In this document: in pieces, positions 36,801 to 46,039 of the stretch
How the letters are laid out: every line of letters begins with the position of its first letter
How positions within the stretch are numbered: position 1 is the first letter of the stretch
DNA from: a virus
Lineage: Duplodnaviria > Caudoviricetes
Reading direction: 5' to 3' (one strand)
DNA: 61,494 nt
Virus record (IMG/VR): IMGVR_UViG_3300037470_000143
Coordinates: 1 to 61,494 of that record
The notes under the pieces: model-generated
What the model saw: only the letters and a program-made list of their open reading frames with translations
Database searches by the model: none
Told to the model about the DNA's origin: nothing
Program-made: the position numbers and the translations under genes

Positions 36801-38854
36801 TCGTCAGCGAACCCGACCAGAGCCTCTTCCGTGACCTGACCCTGCTCCATCATCTTGATGAGTTCGGCCGTGGTCACTCCAAGGCCGTCGGCCATGATCT
36901 GAATCGCACCGGGAAGCCTATCTCCGAGCTGTTGGCGCAGCTCTTCCATTTGGACCGCGCCCTTACTAACTATCTGAGTCAAAGCGACAAAAACGCCCTG
37001 AAGCTCTTCTGTGGAGGACCTGTTGACCCTCGCGGCCTCAGCGATTTGGAGGAAGATTTTCTTCGCCCGGGCACCTTCGATAGACGTGTTCTTGGTGGCG
37101 ATGCTGAACTTCGAGTATTCAGTCGCGAGGTTACCAATGCTCACACCTAGCCGGTCGGAGGTCCGACGAATGAAATCGAACTCGGCGGCGACCCGGGAGC
37201 TGTCGTTGTTGAACGCCACGTTCAGGCGAGCCTGAGCAGCTTCGAGCTTTTGTGTTGCATCCACGGTCGTCCGGAGGGCCGTAATCGCCCCGTAGAGGCC
37301 GCCGTAGGCTGCCACCAACGACAGAACCTCACCCCGGATACGCTGAAGCAGGGACAGTGATCGTCGACTGTCCCCGTAGAAGCGCCGGTAAGCGTCCGCT
37401 AGGCGGCCCGTGGAGACCGCTGCACGCTCGCTGGCCCGTCCCAACCTCTCCTGCCCGCTGACGAGTTTTGTTGACCCTGTGGCGGCTATGTTGACCGACG
37501 AGGCCAGAGCTTGGACAGAGGCGCTGGACTTCCGGGTCGAAGCGTCGGCGCGGTTCATTGCCCCGATCTGTCTGTCGATGATCGCGAGGAAGGCAGCCTG
37601 CGCCGTCCGCAGGCCCTCGTAACTCCTGTCCGTGTTCCTGAGCGTCTGGGACATCCCCTGAAGCGCAATGCGCTGCTCGCCCAGCTGCGTTTTCAACCGG
37701 GTCGATTCACCAGCAGCCTTCTGGAACTCCTGCACCATATCGCGGGTGGGCTTGGTGGTCTGTGCGAGCGCCTTGCCGAGAGCCGTCGCACGGGCCCGAG
37801 CCTGATCGTAGGCTTGGCTGGTTTCCAACACGACGCGCTTCTGGTCGTGGGCGGCAGCCACCAACGACAGGAACCCCCGCTTGGCCAACCGGTCGAGATC
37901 GGCTGTCGCTTGTGCCGTCGAGACCGACATCTTGTCGAGCCCCGCGCGTCCGTCTTCCAGCTCTTTTCCGAGGCGACTGAGCTGTCCGGTGGTCCTGTTC
38001 AGGTTTGACGACAACCGAGCCTGCTGCTGGCCCACGGCCTGCGTCTGCGCCTTGATGCGGTTGTAGCTCTCCGCCATATTGGCGAGGATCGATTCCTGCT
38101 TCGACAGGTTCTGCCCTGCCCGGGAAGCTTGGCCCCCGAACAAAGTAATTGCCGCCCCGGCGGCGTTGATTTTTGACCCGATCTGGCCGAACTCGGACCG
38201 GAGTTTGGACAGTCGTGACCCTGTGGTGGTCATGCTGCGCTCGGCCGAAGCCAGACGGTCACGCAAAGCTGCTGTCGGCTTTGCTGTTCCCGCTACTTGC
38301 GCAGACAGGTCATTGAACCGCCGGGACGCTTTCTCGGCCGCCAGAGATGCCTTCTCGATCAGACCGGGCAACTTCTGCTGGCGACGTTGGAGTTTGTCCT
38401 GTGCGGATACGGCCTGCTCGTAGGCCCTCGTCAGTTCCTTCTGGTCCGCTTTGGCCTTTGCCACGACCGCCTTCTGCCGTTCCTGCGCGGCGAGGTTGCG
38501 TTCCAGTTTTCCCGTGTATTTCTCAAGCGATTGGTTGGTGGCCTTCAGCTGCTTGTCATACTGCGCGACCTCGCGCTGTGTCTCGGCGAACTTCGCCTCG
38601 ACTTGCCCCAGCTTTTCGGCAACCTTGGTCAACTCTCCGGCCAACTTCTGCCCGGAGTTAAACCCCTTCAGCGCGCCGTCGAGCTTGCCGATGGCCGCCC
38701 CGAGTTGTGTCAGGGTGGTTTCGGTCTTGTCGGCCCGGCTATCGAGATTCCTCTGGGCCTCAACGAACTTGTTGAGGGCCTTGGTAATCGAGTCGACAAC
38801 GGACGCCGCCTGATCTTTAGCTTTGATTACCAGATCGACGTCACGCCGAGCCAT
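33866..38854 (-). CDS. Tape measure protein with a lytic transglycosylase-like domain
   Basis: 1662 aa, helical; QIVSKGAVQMEELRQQLGDRLPGA tape-measure motif; IIGVESGG..ATGLGQF..LYLAHFLG. Confidence 0.93.
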   Translation of the reverse strand: MARRDVDLVIKAKDQAASVVDSITKALNKFVEAQRNLDSRADKTETTLTQLGAAIGKLDGALKGFNSGQKLAGELTKVAEKLGQVEAKFAETQREVAQYDKQLKATNQSLEKYTGKLERNLAAQERQKAVVAKAKADQKELTRAYEQAVSAQDKLQRRQQKLPGLIEKASLAAEKASRRFNDLSAQVAGTAKPTAALRDRLASAERSMTTTGSRLSKLRSEFGQIGSKINAAGAAITLFGGQASRAGQNLSKQESILANMAESYNRIKAQTQAVGQQQARLSSNLNRTTGQLSRLGKELEDGRAGLDKMSVSTAQATADLDRLAKRGFLSLVAAAHDQKRVVLETSQAYDQARARATALGKALAQTTKPTRDMVQEFQKAAGESTRLKTQLGEQRIALQGMSQTLRNTDRSYEGLRTAQAAFLAIIDRQIGAMNRADASTRKSSASVQALASSVNIAATGSTKLVSGQERLGRASERAAVSTGRLADAYRRFYGDSRRSLSLLQRIRGEVLSLVAAYGGLYGAITALRTTVDATQKLEAAQARLNVAFNNDSSRVAAEFDFIRRTSDRLGVSIGNLATEYSKFSIATKNTSIEGARAKKIFLQIAEAARVNRSSTEELQGVFVALTQIVSKGAVQMEELRQQLGDRLPGAIQIMADGLGVTTAELIKMMEQGQVTEEALVGFADEVSKRFGGGLESALLGITVALGRLENAAFQAAAQFGEGGFIAALTGFANTLTEVLKSADFEAFTRRASKALGGLLDFLGFLASNFEVVVTLLVSLLAYKLVPIVLFLGKTFNKATKAALLTGNSFGVVQARAAAMGVSITRTGYAIRGLTRAMRGLVGSTGVGLAFIAVSAALAAWSTDADRATVALNTHRKIVDDVKNAYEAAGGASEDWADTIEGVTRQQAQVSLANIRTELNRARVDATAFVRALGDAYEPLIGGSEETQESLRKLARRFQNGEIKVQEYKDALEALAIADPDLDINFVADLQDSADGARELETAFDEASLAVQVLGDNAEDAQDAVEALVGAMDPDTADKMQEAMDKLGSAMDALEDSLPKSKDGMDEVAQAAEDVATAYQDALKAARSLPETIQRIAAEQGVLNAFAERFKNLMSGALDFALDNTLVDRIIGVESGGNPSARNPESSATGLGQFVTRTWLELFKKHFPDRAAGMTDAMILALREDAAISRDMVGLYLRENAKILQRMGVQLTDANLYLAHFLGPGGATALLRSAPGTKANDVLGSDQIAANQGILDGKTREEILAWAQRKVGISSTELDILEDMVETERDRAEATSDRIADNEFEISQQQMILDGKAREAAIEEAIRDARKDDPGISEENIAKIREQTGALFDLELAQNRAKDADKDASAAARDASARVNALLAQQKALYDQLAIAKRDGDTGTQEELRQKLANVNTELEEAIANARAMWEAIGGADAENALIKLDTAALKAGNLAAGAQKVYLDWSRVGDLFVTGLASAFDSFARKVAEGANVFDTARDAFLQFAADFLLQIAQMIIQQAILNALQAAFGGTSFGSLIGVGHTGGMVGSSRVGSGNSSRQVNPAIFASAMRYHVGGVVGLRPGEVPIVAKEGEEMLTRDDPRHMLNGGLSGGSGAPAVNVRNINTFDAPGFLQAALDTPVGEKVLFNFISANPGKFRAAMGA

Positions 38855-38859
38855 TCAAC

Positions 38860-39312
38860 CTACCCTCTCGATGCCTCCGAGCCCCGCACACCCGGCGGGA
38901 GCTTCACCGTGCCCAGCGTCTTCTTCTCCGTCGGACCGTCCTTCTGCGCCTCTGTAAGCTCTGAAGAACCTTTCCCGAAGAGGAAAGCAAATGGGTTTGT
39001 CTCGACACTAAGCTTTTTGACGAGCTTTGAAAACTGGTTACGCGACCCCTTCACGATCATCCCGGCAACAGCTTGTCGGATCAGCTCCGCCTCCATCACC
39101 ATCCGGTTGTTCGTTCTCTCCTGTACGAACTGGGCCTCATCCATAACGAGGCCCAGTGGGTAATGGTAGGCTTCAACGTGCCCCTCCGACAAGCAGAGGT
39201 TTACTGAACGGCGGATGCCCCAATACCATTCGGCGAAGGAGGCGTTTGTATCTCCATCAGGGCCCCAGATACCTCCGCCATCATGCCTGTCAGGGTGCCC
39301 ATCAGCTTTTTT
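38860..39312 (-). CDS. Tail assembly chaperone frameshift extension (gpT-like part of gpGT)
   Basis: The -1 frame is open from the A AAA AAG site (39312-39306) to the stop at 38860. Confidence 0.75.
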   Translation of the reverse strand, partial: KKADGHPDRHDGGGIWGPDGDTNASFAEWYWGIRRSVNLCLSEGHVEAYHYPLGLVMDEAQFVQERTNNRMVMEAELIRQAVAGMIVKGSRNQFSKLVKKLSVETNPFAFLFGKGSSELTEAQKDGPTEKKTLGTVKLPPGVRGSEASRG

Positions 39313-39671
39313 ATCTCGCCCTCCTGCGAGAAGGTGAGGCCGAAGATCGCTTCGATGACCTCGATCTGCTTGTGGAAGGGGATGCGTTTCAGGAGATCGA
39401 CGGTTTCCTGATCGTAGCTGTCTGCGGCAAGCGCCATGGCGGCCGCGACCATGTCCGGGAACTCCGTTGCCATAGTGCCGATCAGGGTCCGGACGTCGGC
39501 GACGTCGAGAGACTTCATCTTCTGCACCTTGGCGAAAGCCATACTGGCCTGCGGGCCGTAAACATTGACGATGGTCATGAGGTCCGACAGGCTGATGCCC
39601 CGGACCGATATCTCCCCGTCCTTGCCGACCGAGATCGTGCGTTCCGGGATGGTGATATTCTTGAGGCCCAT
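39201..39671 (-). CDS. Tail assembly chaperone (gpG-like)
   Basis: Between the major tail and tape measure genes; VRGISLSD motif. Confidence 0.85.
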   Translation of the reverse strand: MGLKNITIPERTISVGKDGEISVRGISLSDLMTIVNVYGPQASMAFAKVQKMKSLDVADVRTLIGTMATEFPDMVAAAMALAADSYDQETVDLLKRIPFHKQIEVIEAIFGLTFSQEGEIKKLMGTLTGMMAEVSGALMEIQTPPSPNGIGASAVQ

Positions 39672-39723
39672 ATCCTATTCCTTCAGGGTTGGCCCGGGAG
39701 ACTACCCCCGGGCCGGTCTGGGA

Positions 39724-40515
39724 TCAGCTGAAGACGGGATCGCCATCGCGATAGATCGCTTCGGCACTCGTCAGCTTCAGGACTTCGAGAGACATCGGGA
39801 TTTGCTGCCACTCGTCGCCCTTCAGCGCGTAGTCCCCATTCGGGGAAATCTTCACGTAAGGGAAGTAGAAGGTGCAATCCTCGCCCTTCGGGTTCACCGT
39901 CCGGTAGATCATCGCACCTTCCACCGGGTCGGAGCCGGAGATCACGCGGGAGCGCGTGTTGGCTGCGAGGTCGTAGGTGACCGTGACGTCGTCGTCTGCG
40001 GCCACGGTGCCACCCGACAGGAAGGTAATCATCCCGTTGGCGTAGTCGATAGTGTAGTCGGTGTCCTCAACCAGAGTCGCACCACCGTCGATCTCGACGG
40101 TGTTGGTGCCGCCCTCGTCAAGACCGAAGACACCAGCGGGGTTGCCGGTGGTCGCGCCGATCATGTAGGCGCGGTCCAGCTCGACGCCCGCGATCTCGAA
40201 GGTGTTGCCAGTGGAAGCAGACGTGGTCTCCGTCGATGCCGTGCCGAAGAAGAACAGAGCCACGTTTTCGGGGTCGACGTTGTCGGTAACGAGCGAACCG
40301 GTCCGGTTCACTTCGAGCGGCACGCTGTCATCCTTCTCGCGGATGCCTGCGTCGGAGTTGTAGTGATCGAGCGTTTCCGACTCGATGGTGAGGTTCACTT
40401 CCGGCGTGTTGCCGATGTAGCGAAAGCCCCCGGGAACGTAGCCGGAAGCGAAACGGGCAAACCAGATTTCACCCCGCCCGAGGGTATAGTTGTTGCTGTG
40501 AGTGCTCGGTGCCAT
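39724..40515 (-). CDS. Major tail tube protein
   Basis: NYTLGRG..F...RYIGNTPE; AGAAAGGA RBS. Confidence 0.85.
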   Translation of the reverse strand: MAPSTHSNNYTLGRGEIWFARFASGYVPGGFRYIGNTPEVNLTIESETLDHYNSDAGIREKDDSVPLEVNRTGSLVTDNVDPENVALFFFGTASTETTSASTGNTFEIAGVELDRAYMIGATTGNPAGVFGLDEGGTNTVEIDGGATLVEDTDYTIDYANGMITFLSGGTVAADDDVTVTYDLAANTRSRVISGSDPVEGAMIYRTVNPKGEDCTFYFPYVKISPNGDYALKGDEWQQIPMSLEVLKLTSAEAIYRDGDPVFS

Positions 40516-40533
40516 GACGGTTTCCTTTCTCGT

Positions 40534-41082
40534 CTATGTTGCTGCCTGATATGGGTCTTCGAGGTCTTCGGCTAACTCTAGCTCGAACGTGAGCCAGAAG
40601 TAAGCCTTTGCGGAAACCTCGTCGGGGGGCCGCACAACCCCGGGTCCGATCTTGACGTCGGTGATCGTCTTCCCGAGGCCAAGAACCCCGGCCGAGGCCC
40701 CCTGTGCGGGCCCCCAGTTTAGCCTCTTCCGCTCTTTCACCAGCCTTTTCTTGACGTCGGCCAGCATAACGTGGGCGGGGTCGGTCGGGTTATCCCTGTC
40801 GTCCACCGCAAAACCTTGGATCATCAGCTCCCACCCGCCGGAGCTGTAGGTGGAATCCCCGGGAGGGGGGCGCTGGTCAATGGGGATCGGAACCTCCAAG
40901 ATCGACAGCATGGGTAACGGGTCGGAGGTCCCGTAGATCGCCCGACCTCGAAAGACCTTGTTGGCATCCGTGCCCTCCGCGCCGGAGAAGTCCGAGACGT
41001 AGCCATTCCCGGGGGTGATCTCCCGCAGGGCCTCACTCAGTCGCTTGTGTATTTCAAGCCGGATGGGGTTAAGCAGGGTCAT
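40534..41082 (-). CDS. Tail terminator-like protein
   Basis: ITPGNGY..D, VFRGR..YG; synteny. Confidence 0.75.
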   Translation of the reverse strand: MTLLNPIRLEIHKRLSEALREITPGNGYVSDFSGAEGTDANKVFRGRAIYGTSDPLPMLSILEVPIPIDQRPPPGDSTYSSGGWELMIQGFAVDDRDNPTDPAHVMLADVKKRLVKERKRLNWGPAQGASAGVLGLGKTITDVKIGPGVVRPPDEVSAKAYFWLTFELELAEDLEDPYQAAT

Positions 41083-41696
41083 CAGATATCCAACAGCCTC
41101 AGAAATTCAGCACTCAGGTCCCGTTCTATCTCGGGGACCATGTCGTTCGCAACGCCGGAACCGCTGTTGGACCGAAAAACCTGATCGACGCTGGGGCCAT
41201 AGAGCAGGTAGAGCCCTGACGATATACGTCGGGCAGAGACCTTGTTCTGAAGCTGCTCTCCCGGCCGGAGCCGGATCGCGAGACCGAGGTTGTAGACCGT
41301 GTCGGTCAGCTGGTTACCCTGTGGGAGCCGGATCAGGAAGGCCCGCTTCATATAACGGCTCTTGCCCGGGGCGACCTGAACGTAAACGCCGGGCTTCCCA
41401 ACCTTACTCGGGTTCTGGACGAAGCGGGCGAGGGAGGTAGCGCGACCGCGCGCGGTGATGCGAGCTTCCAGATCGCCCCTCTGGGCCTTCTTCGAGACGT
41501 GGAGACGCTTCTGACCCGGCGCAACGTAGCTCGCGGGGAGGTTGACCTGATCGCGGATGAGCCTCGCCGCCCGGGATCGCTTGTCCCTCGCGATCTTGTT
41601 GATCGCCCGCGTGGCGGCATGCCGGATGTCTTTCTTCAGGTTGGCGAAGTCCTGAAGGTCGCTCAGGCCCTCGGCGAATACCGCAAAGTCTGACAT
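41082..41696 (-). CDS. Tail completion protein (lambda gpZ-like)
   Basis: RAINK, basic composition and LLYGPSVDQVF; ATG 41696. Confidence 0.75.
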   Translation of the reverse strand: MSDFAVFAEGLSDLQDFANLKKDIRHAATRAINKIARDKRSRAARLIRDQVNLPASYVAPGQKRLHVSKKAQRGDLEARITARGRATSLARFVQNPSKVGKPGVYVQVAPGKSRYMKRAFLIRLPQGNQLTDTVYNLGLAIRLRPGEQLQNKVSARRISSGLYLLYGPSVDQVFRSNSGSGVANDMVPEIERDLSAEFLRLLDI

Positions 41697-41697
41697 G

Positions 41698-42114
41698 TCA
41701 CGGCACCGTGGTCCCGTCCGGGAGCAGCTTCCCGGACAGCTCTTCAAGTGATAGGGGCGTCACTTCGCAGGTGGTCGTAAGACCATCTGGGGGGCGCACC
41801 ATGTCGATGAAGTAGCCGACGATGTCTCCGACGTAGTTTAGCATGACCACCATCGAACCTCGGCCGATGTCGCGACCATCCAGTTCGGAGGTCTGGAATA
41901 TCATGCGGGTCGGTCGCTCGGCTGTCTCCGCGTAGCTGAGATTGGTCCCTGCGAGATCGCCGACGTTCTCAGCTTTGTCGTGGACGCGCACGGTGACTGT
42001 GTCGTCACCTACGGTGGGGGTGGCCGACGCCGTTTCATAGAAGATGCCCGGCAGAGAGAAGGTGTCATGCACCGTCTGCCGGGCTGCCTTCTTGGCGTCG
42101 GCCCAAGCAGTCAT
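41698..42114 (-). CDS. Head-tail joining protein
   Basis: KKAARQTVHDTF start; synteny. Confidence 0.7.
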   Translation of the reverse strand: MTAWADAKKAARQTVHDTFSLPGIFYETASATPTVGDDTVTVRVHDKAENVGDLAGTNLSYAETAERPTRMIFQTSELDGRDIGRGSMVVMLNYVGDIVGYFIDMVRPPDGLTTTCEVTPLSLEELSGKLLPDGTTVP

Positions 42115-42557
42115 CAGACCAGATCGTCCTCGGATTGGACCGAGGCCCAGATTTCATCGCGCTCAGCCGCCGAGACCTTGCCAGTCCCTTCGGGGAGGTC
42201 CGCGTTGATCGCCGCCACATCCGGGACGCCAGCGGCGGTCATGTCGGAGTCACCGAGACCACGCATGATCTCTTTGATCTTAGCGACACGGTCGTCACCT
42301 GCGAGACCAGTGGGGGCCTTGGGGGCCTTGGGGGCCTTGGGGGCCTTGGGGGCCTTGGGGGCCTTTTCCTCGGCCTTCTCCGGGGCAGGAGCAGGGGTCT
42401 CTTCTACGCCACCGCCAACCGATTTGGCTGCGCCGAGAGCGACCAGACGGGCCCCTTCCTTCTCTTCGATCTGGAAGTGGTATCCGGGTTCGACGTAGGT
42501 CGGCGGCTTCGGCTTCATGAGGATGCGATGGATCGCAACGTAGTTTTTCTTCGCCAT
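42114..42557 (-). CDS. Head-associated protein with a (KAP)6 linker
   Basis: GGAGA RBS before ATG 42557; directly after the major capsid gene. Confidence 0.75.
   Translation of the reverse strand: MAKKNYVAIHRILMKPKPPTYVEPGYHFQIEEKEGARLVALGAAKSVGGGVEETPAPAPEKAEEKAPKAPKAPKAPKAPKAPTGLAGDDRVAKIKEIMRGLGDSDMTAAGVPDVAAINADLPEGTGKVSAAERDEIWASVQSEDDLV
42312..42365. repeat. 9-bp in-frame tandem repeat, six copies
   Basis: GGGGGCCTT units encoding KAP on the - strand. Confidence 0.9.
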
Positions 42558-42655
42558 GAGGGTTCTCCTATAGGCAGGGTCAATGAGGTCTCGGGTCGGA
42601 GACCGGGCTAAACCTCGGGAGGAATCAGGCGGCCCGGTCTCCGGTTTGTCGAGGC

Positions 42656-43726
42656 TTACGGTGCCGCGACGACGGTCGCCTTCAGCGAGCCGTTGGGCGA
42701 CATCGGCACCATCAGGGGGGCCGACTGCGTCATGACGAACGTGACCGACGGGTCTTGATCGTTCCACATCTTCGGGAACATCGAGAGCGGCTGGAAGTTC
42801 GCCTCGGTGTCCTGAATCGCGCCAAAGCAGCGAACACCGTTGATACCCGGCCCGGTCAGGACGATGTCCTGCGGAGACATGAACTCGGTGACGGTCCCGT
42901 CCGCCAGCTCGTAGTAGTCGCTGTAGACATATACCTCCATGGTGCCGCTGATCTTGCCGACGTATTCAACGTCGAGACCTTCCAGCACCCCGAGGTTCAG
43001 GTTCATGCCATTGTTCTGGGCGCGGTAGTCCGCGTTCAGAAGTTCCTTCAGCTCCGTGTCGGTCCGCATCACATCCCAGACATCAGTGCCTACGGTGATG
43101 CGATTCGGAGCGCCACCGTGCTTCGCCCGACGCATCAGCTTCTTCCAGTCTTCCAGCAGGCCGATGATCGACACGCCAGAATCACCCCAGAAGTTCGACG
43201 AGGTCAGGGTAATCGTATGACCTGCCGCACGCTGGAAGTCGACGACCGTGCGGGGGTAGCGGTCATCTTCCAGAGTTACGGACCCGTCTTGGATCGCCTC
43301 TGAAGCCAGCCACTCCCAGCGGCGCTCGATAGCCCGGCGGTGCTGTCGCAGAATGTCCGCGACGATAGCCATGTAGCGCATCTGCGGCGACATGGCCGGT
43401 GCGTCCGGAGCCAGCTCGCCATAGCCCGCCACACGGCGAATGACGCGCGTGGCAGTCACCGGGTCCTTGGGCTTGACGTATGCGGGCTTGACCCGGTTCA
43501 CCTGCTCGGCGGCCGAGTAGATCGGCACACCTTGCGCGGTGGGGACCACCAGCGGCGCGATCTTGCGGTTTTCTTGGATGCGGCCGAAATCGACAAATTC
43601 GTCGTCGAACTGCACTTCGCTGCCGAAGAAGCTCAGCCAGTAATTCGACGGCGGCTCCATCATGTCACGATCCCGGATGACGCCGAGCAGCGTCGAGGTA
43701 TCGTAGAGGGTTGCTCCGATGCTCAT
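42656..43726 (-). CDS. Major capsid protein (lambda gpE-like)
   Basis: IAPLVVP..QG, KPAYVKPK, VDFQR and MTQSAPLMVP. Confidence 0.92.
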   Translation of the reverse strand: MSIGATLYDTSTLLGVIRDRDMMEPPSNYWLSFFGSEVQFDDEFVDFGRIQENRKIAPLVVPTAQGVPIYSAAEQVNRVKPAYVKPKDPVTATRVIRRVAGYGELAPDAPAMSPQMRYMAIVADILRQHRRAIERRWEWLASEAIQDGSVTLEDDRYPRTVVDFQRAAGHTITLTSSNFWGDSGVSIIGLLEDWKKLMRRAKHGGAPNRITVGTDVWDVMRTDTELKELLNADYRAQNNGMNLNLGVLEGLDVEYVGKISGTMEVYVYSDYYELADGTVTEFMSPQDIVLTGPGINGVRCFGAIQDTEANFQPLSMFPKMWNDQDPSVTFVMTQSAPLMVPMSPNGSLKATVVAAP

Positions 43727-43803
43727 GGAAGGATTCCTTTCTAGTTTATCCCTACCTCAATTGGCCCAACCCACAGGGTGCGGGTTGGGCTTGCGAACCG
43801 GCC

Positions 43804-44619
43804 TTAGTAGATCGCGTCCGCGTTATGCTCAGGCTTGCTGACGAAGATCGTCGGAGAGAACGAACCGAGGAACGCGCCCTTCTTCTTCTCGTCATTGTCG
43901 TAGGAATCATCGAACGTCAGTGCGTCCATGTTCCAGTGGCCGCTCCGGTAAACCGGCACGGTCGCGGACTGCCCGTTGGTCATTACCATCGGCTGGGCGA
44001 GGATACCAAACGCGCGCTTGCTGCCACCGGCCGCGCCACCACCAAGAACATCGGAACTCGGATCGAACGTGGTGTTGGCTGCATCGACGTCAGCGAACTC
44101 GATGGCATTGCCTGCCAGACCGGGTTCATCCGCGACGACCGTGACAACCCCAGCATCGGCAGATGCAGTCACATGCGGGTTCGCCGTGGTGCCTTCGGAC
44201 ACCCCATCCCCAACGACGCCGTTGATCGCGTCGGCGAGGTTCGCTGCGGTTGTGGCGACGGTGTCACTGCGGACGACCTCGTAGGGAACGGTCGGTCCGG
44301 AGGACAGAGCCGTGACGAACAGGTATTCGATGCCACCAATGGACAGCGACTCGCCGTCGGCCGGGCCGGTCGAAGCGAAGGTGATCGTGCCGGAAGCATA
44401 ACCTGCCTCACTTCCTGCCACCGCCATGGCGATAACTCCGTTGATGATCGAAACGACGGAGTAGAGGGGGAAGGTGATGTTCGCCTCTGCGGTCACCGGC
44501 TCATGGGTGACAGAGGCTTCCCCGTCGCCAAAGCGGGGTTCAGGCGGGCCGCCGAAGGTCTCTGATTTAAAGGCAGCAACGCCCGGTTCGCCCGGGCCGA
44601 TGTTGGTATCTACAGTCAT
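43804..44619 (-). CDS. Head decoration protein with an inserted domain
   Basis: Between the protease and MCP genes; GILA..VYRSGHWNMDAL gpD-like C-terminus. Confidence 0.7.
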   Translation of the reverse strand: MTVDTNIGPGEPGVAAFKSETFGGPPEPRFGDGEASVTHEPVTAEANITFPLYSVVSIINGVIAMAVAGSEAGYASGTITFASTGPADGESLSIGGIEYLFVTALSSGPTVPYEVVRSDTVATTAANLADAINGVVGDGVSEGTTANPHVTASADAGVVTVVADEPGLAGNAIEFADVDAANTTFDPSSDVLGGGAAGGSKRAFGILAQPMVMTNGQSATVPVYRSGHWNMDALTFDDSYDNDEKKKGAFLGSFSPTIFVSKPEHNADAIY

Positions 44620-44662
44620 GTTGGTTCTCCTGCATTATTTTTCGGGGGTGGGACGGGCGGCC

Positions 44663-46039
44663 TTAGTGGGACGCCTGCTTCCGGGGTTTACCAGTCATGG
44701 CAGCGAGCGCGCCCAGCATCTGCTCGCTGGTCGCGGCTTCTTCGGAACTGCCCTCGGGTTGCGCGCCGACATCCGGGTTGCCACTGCCCTCCATGGCTTG
44801 ATTGAAGCCTGTCGGTTGCGCGCCCGAGGCGGGCGGGGTCTGGCCTTGCGGCTCGCTGGGGGTTTCCTCGGCCTTCTCTTCGGGAAGGGTGGCGAGAAAC
44901 GCCGTAGCCTGCTCAACCGAGAGATCGGTTTTCAGGGCCGCGCCAAGGGCTGCCCGGGGACGGGCCTTGCCTTCGTCACTGTCGAGGATCGCGTTGATGC
45001 GGGTCCTCTCCGCAGCAGCGCCTTCCGCCTGACCAGCTGCTGTGGCGGTTTCAACCGCCGCGTCCATCTGTTCCTGCGTGATCTGGGTCTGGCCGTCACC
45101 GTTGGCGGCCGGAGGGGTGTTGGTGGGCTTCGTAGCCATGAATTCACTCTCCTGTGCGTCGGCCTCTTCTGCGAAGACAGCCATCTCTTCCTCAAGGGCC
45201 CCGATACGGTCGGCAAAGCCAACCTCAATCGCATCGGAGCTATCATATGTCAGCGCCTCGGTGTCCCGAACCTCCGACTCTTCCATATCGCGGTTTGTTG
45301 CCACCAGAGCGACGAACTCCCCGTAGATACGGTCGACTCTTGTCTGGATACGCGCTTTTGCGCCGTCCGACAACTTCTCGTATTGATTCCCTTCAACCTT
45401 GTGCTTCCCAGCATAGATGAAGGTGACCTTGATGCCCCATTCTTTCAGCATCTCCGACATCTCGACGTGGGCCACGACAACCCCCACAGAGCCGACGCCC
45501 CCTGAGCGCGTCATGATGATTTGGGAGGCGGCCGACGAGATCGAGTAGGCAGCAGAGTAGGCGTGGTCGGCCGCGAATGCCCTGATGGGCTTCTCCCCAC
45601 GGCGGGCCGTGACTTTCTCGACAAGCTCGAAATTGCCCGCAACCTCGCCGCCGGGGCTGTCGACGACAAACGCAATGGCCTTGACCTGTGGGTCTTCCAT
45701 GCCGCGATTGAACGCCTTCTCGATGTACGTGTAGCCGGTTGCCCGGCGACCGAACTGAAAGCTGAAATGGTGGAGCAAAACCCCGAACACCGGGATTTGT
45801 AGCACACCGTTCTGGACGTTATAGGGACGGAAAGCCGATACCCATGGGTCATCCTCATCCCAGAAATCGTCGTCATCCTGCATCTGGGTCTTGGAGGCAT
45901 CGTAGCACTCCATGAACTCGTCGTTCGCAGCCAACTCTTGGAGGTAGGCGGAGAACATTGTCTCCGCCCCCTGCGCCAACAGGAGGGGCTGATCGGTGAT
46001 TGCTGAGATCAGGCTATTCTGTGTCTTCGGACCCGGCAT
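44663..46039 (-). CDS. S49-family prohead protease/scaffold
   Basis: VDSPGGEVAG, AYSAAYSI, GSVGVV and AGKHKVEGN; low-complexity C-terminus. Confidence 0.92.
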   Translation of the reverse strand: MPGPKTQNSLISAITDQPLLLAQGAETMFSAYLQELAANDEFMECYDASKTQMQDDDDFWDEDDPWVSAFRPYNVQNGVLQIPVFGVLLHHFSFQFGRRATGYTYIEKAFNRGMEDPQVKAIAFVVDSPGGEVAGNFELVEKVTARRGEKPIRAFAADHAYSAAYSISSAASQIIMTRSGGVGSVGVVVAHVEMSEMLKEWGIKVTFIYAGKHKVEGNQYEKLSDGAKARIQTRVDRIYGEFVALVATNRDMEESEVRDTEALTYDSSDAIEVGFADRIGALEEEMAVFAEEADAQESEFMATKPTNTPPAANGDGQTQITQEQMDAAVETATAAGQAEGAAAERTRINAILDSDEGKARPRAALGAALKTDLSVEQATAFLATLPEEKAEETPSEPQGQTPPASGAQPTGFNQAMEGSGNPDVGAQPEGSSEEAATSEQMLGALAAMTGKPRKQASH

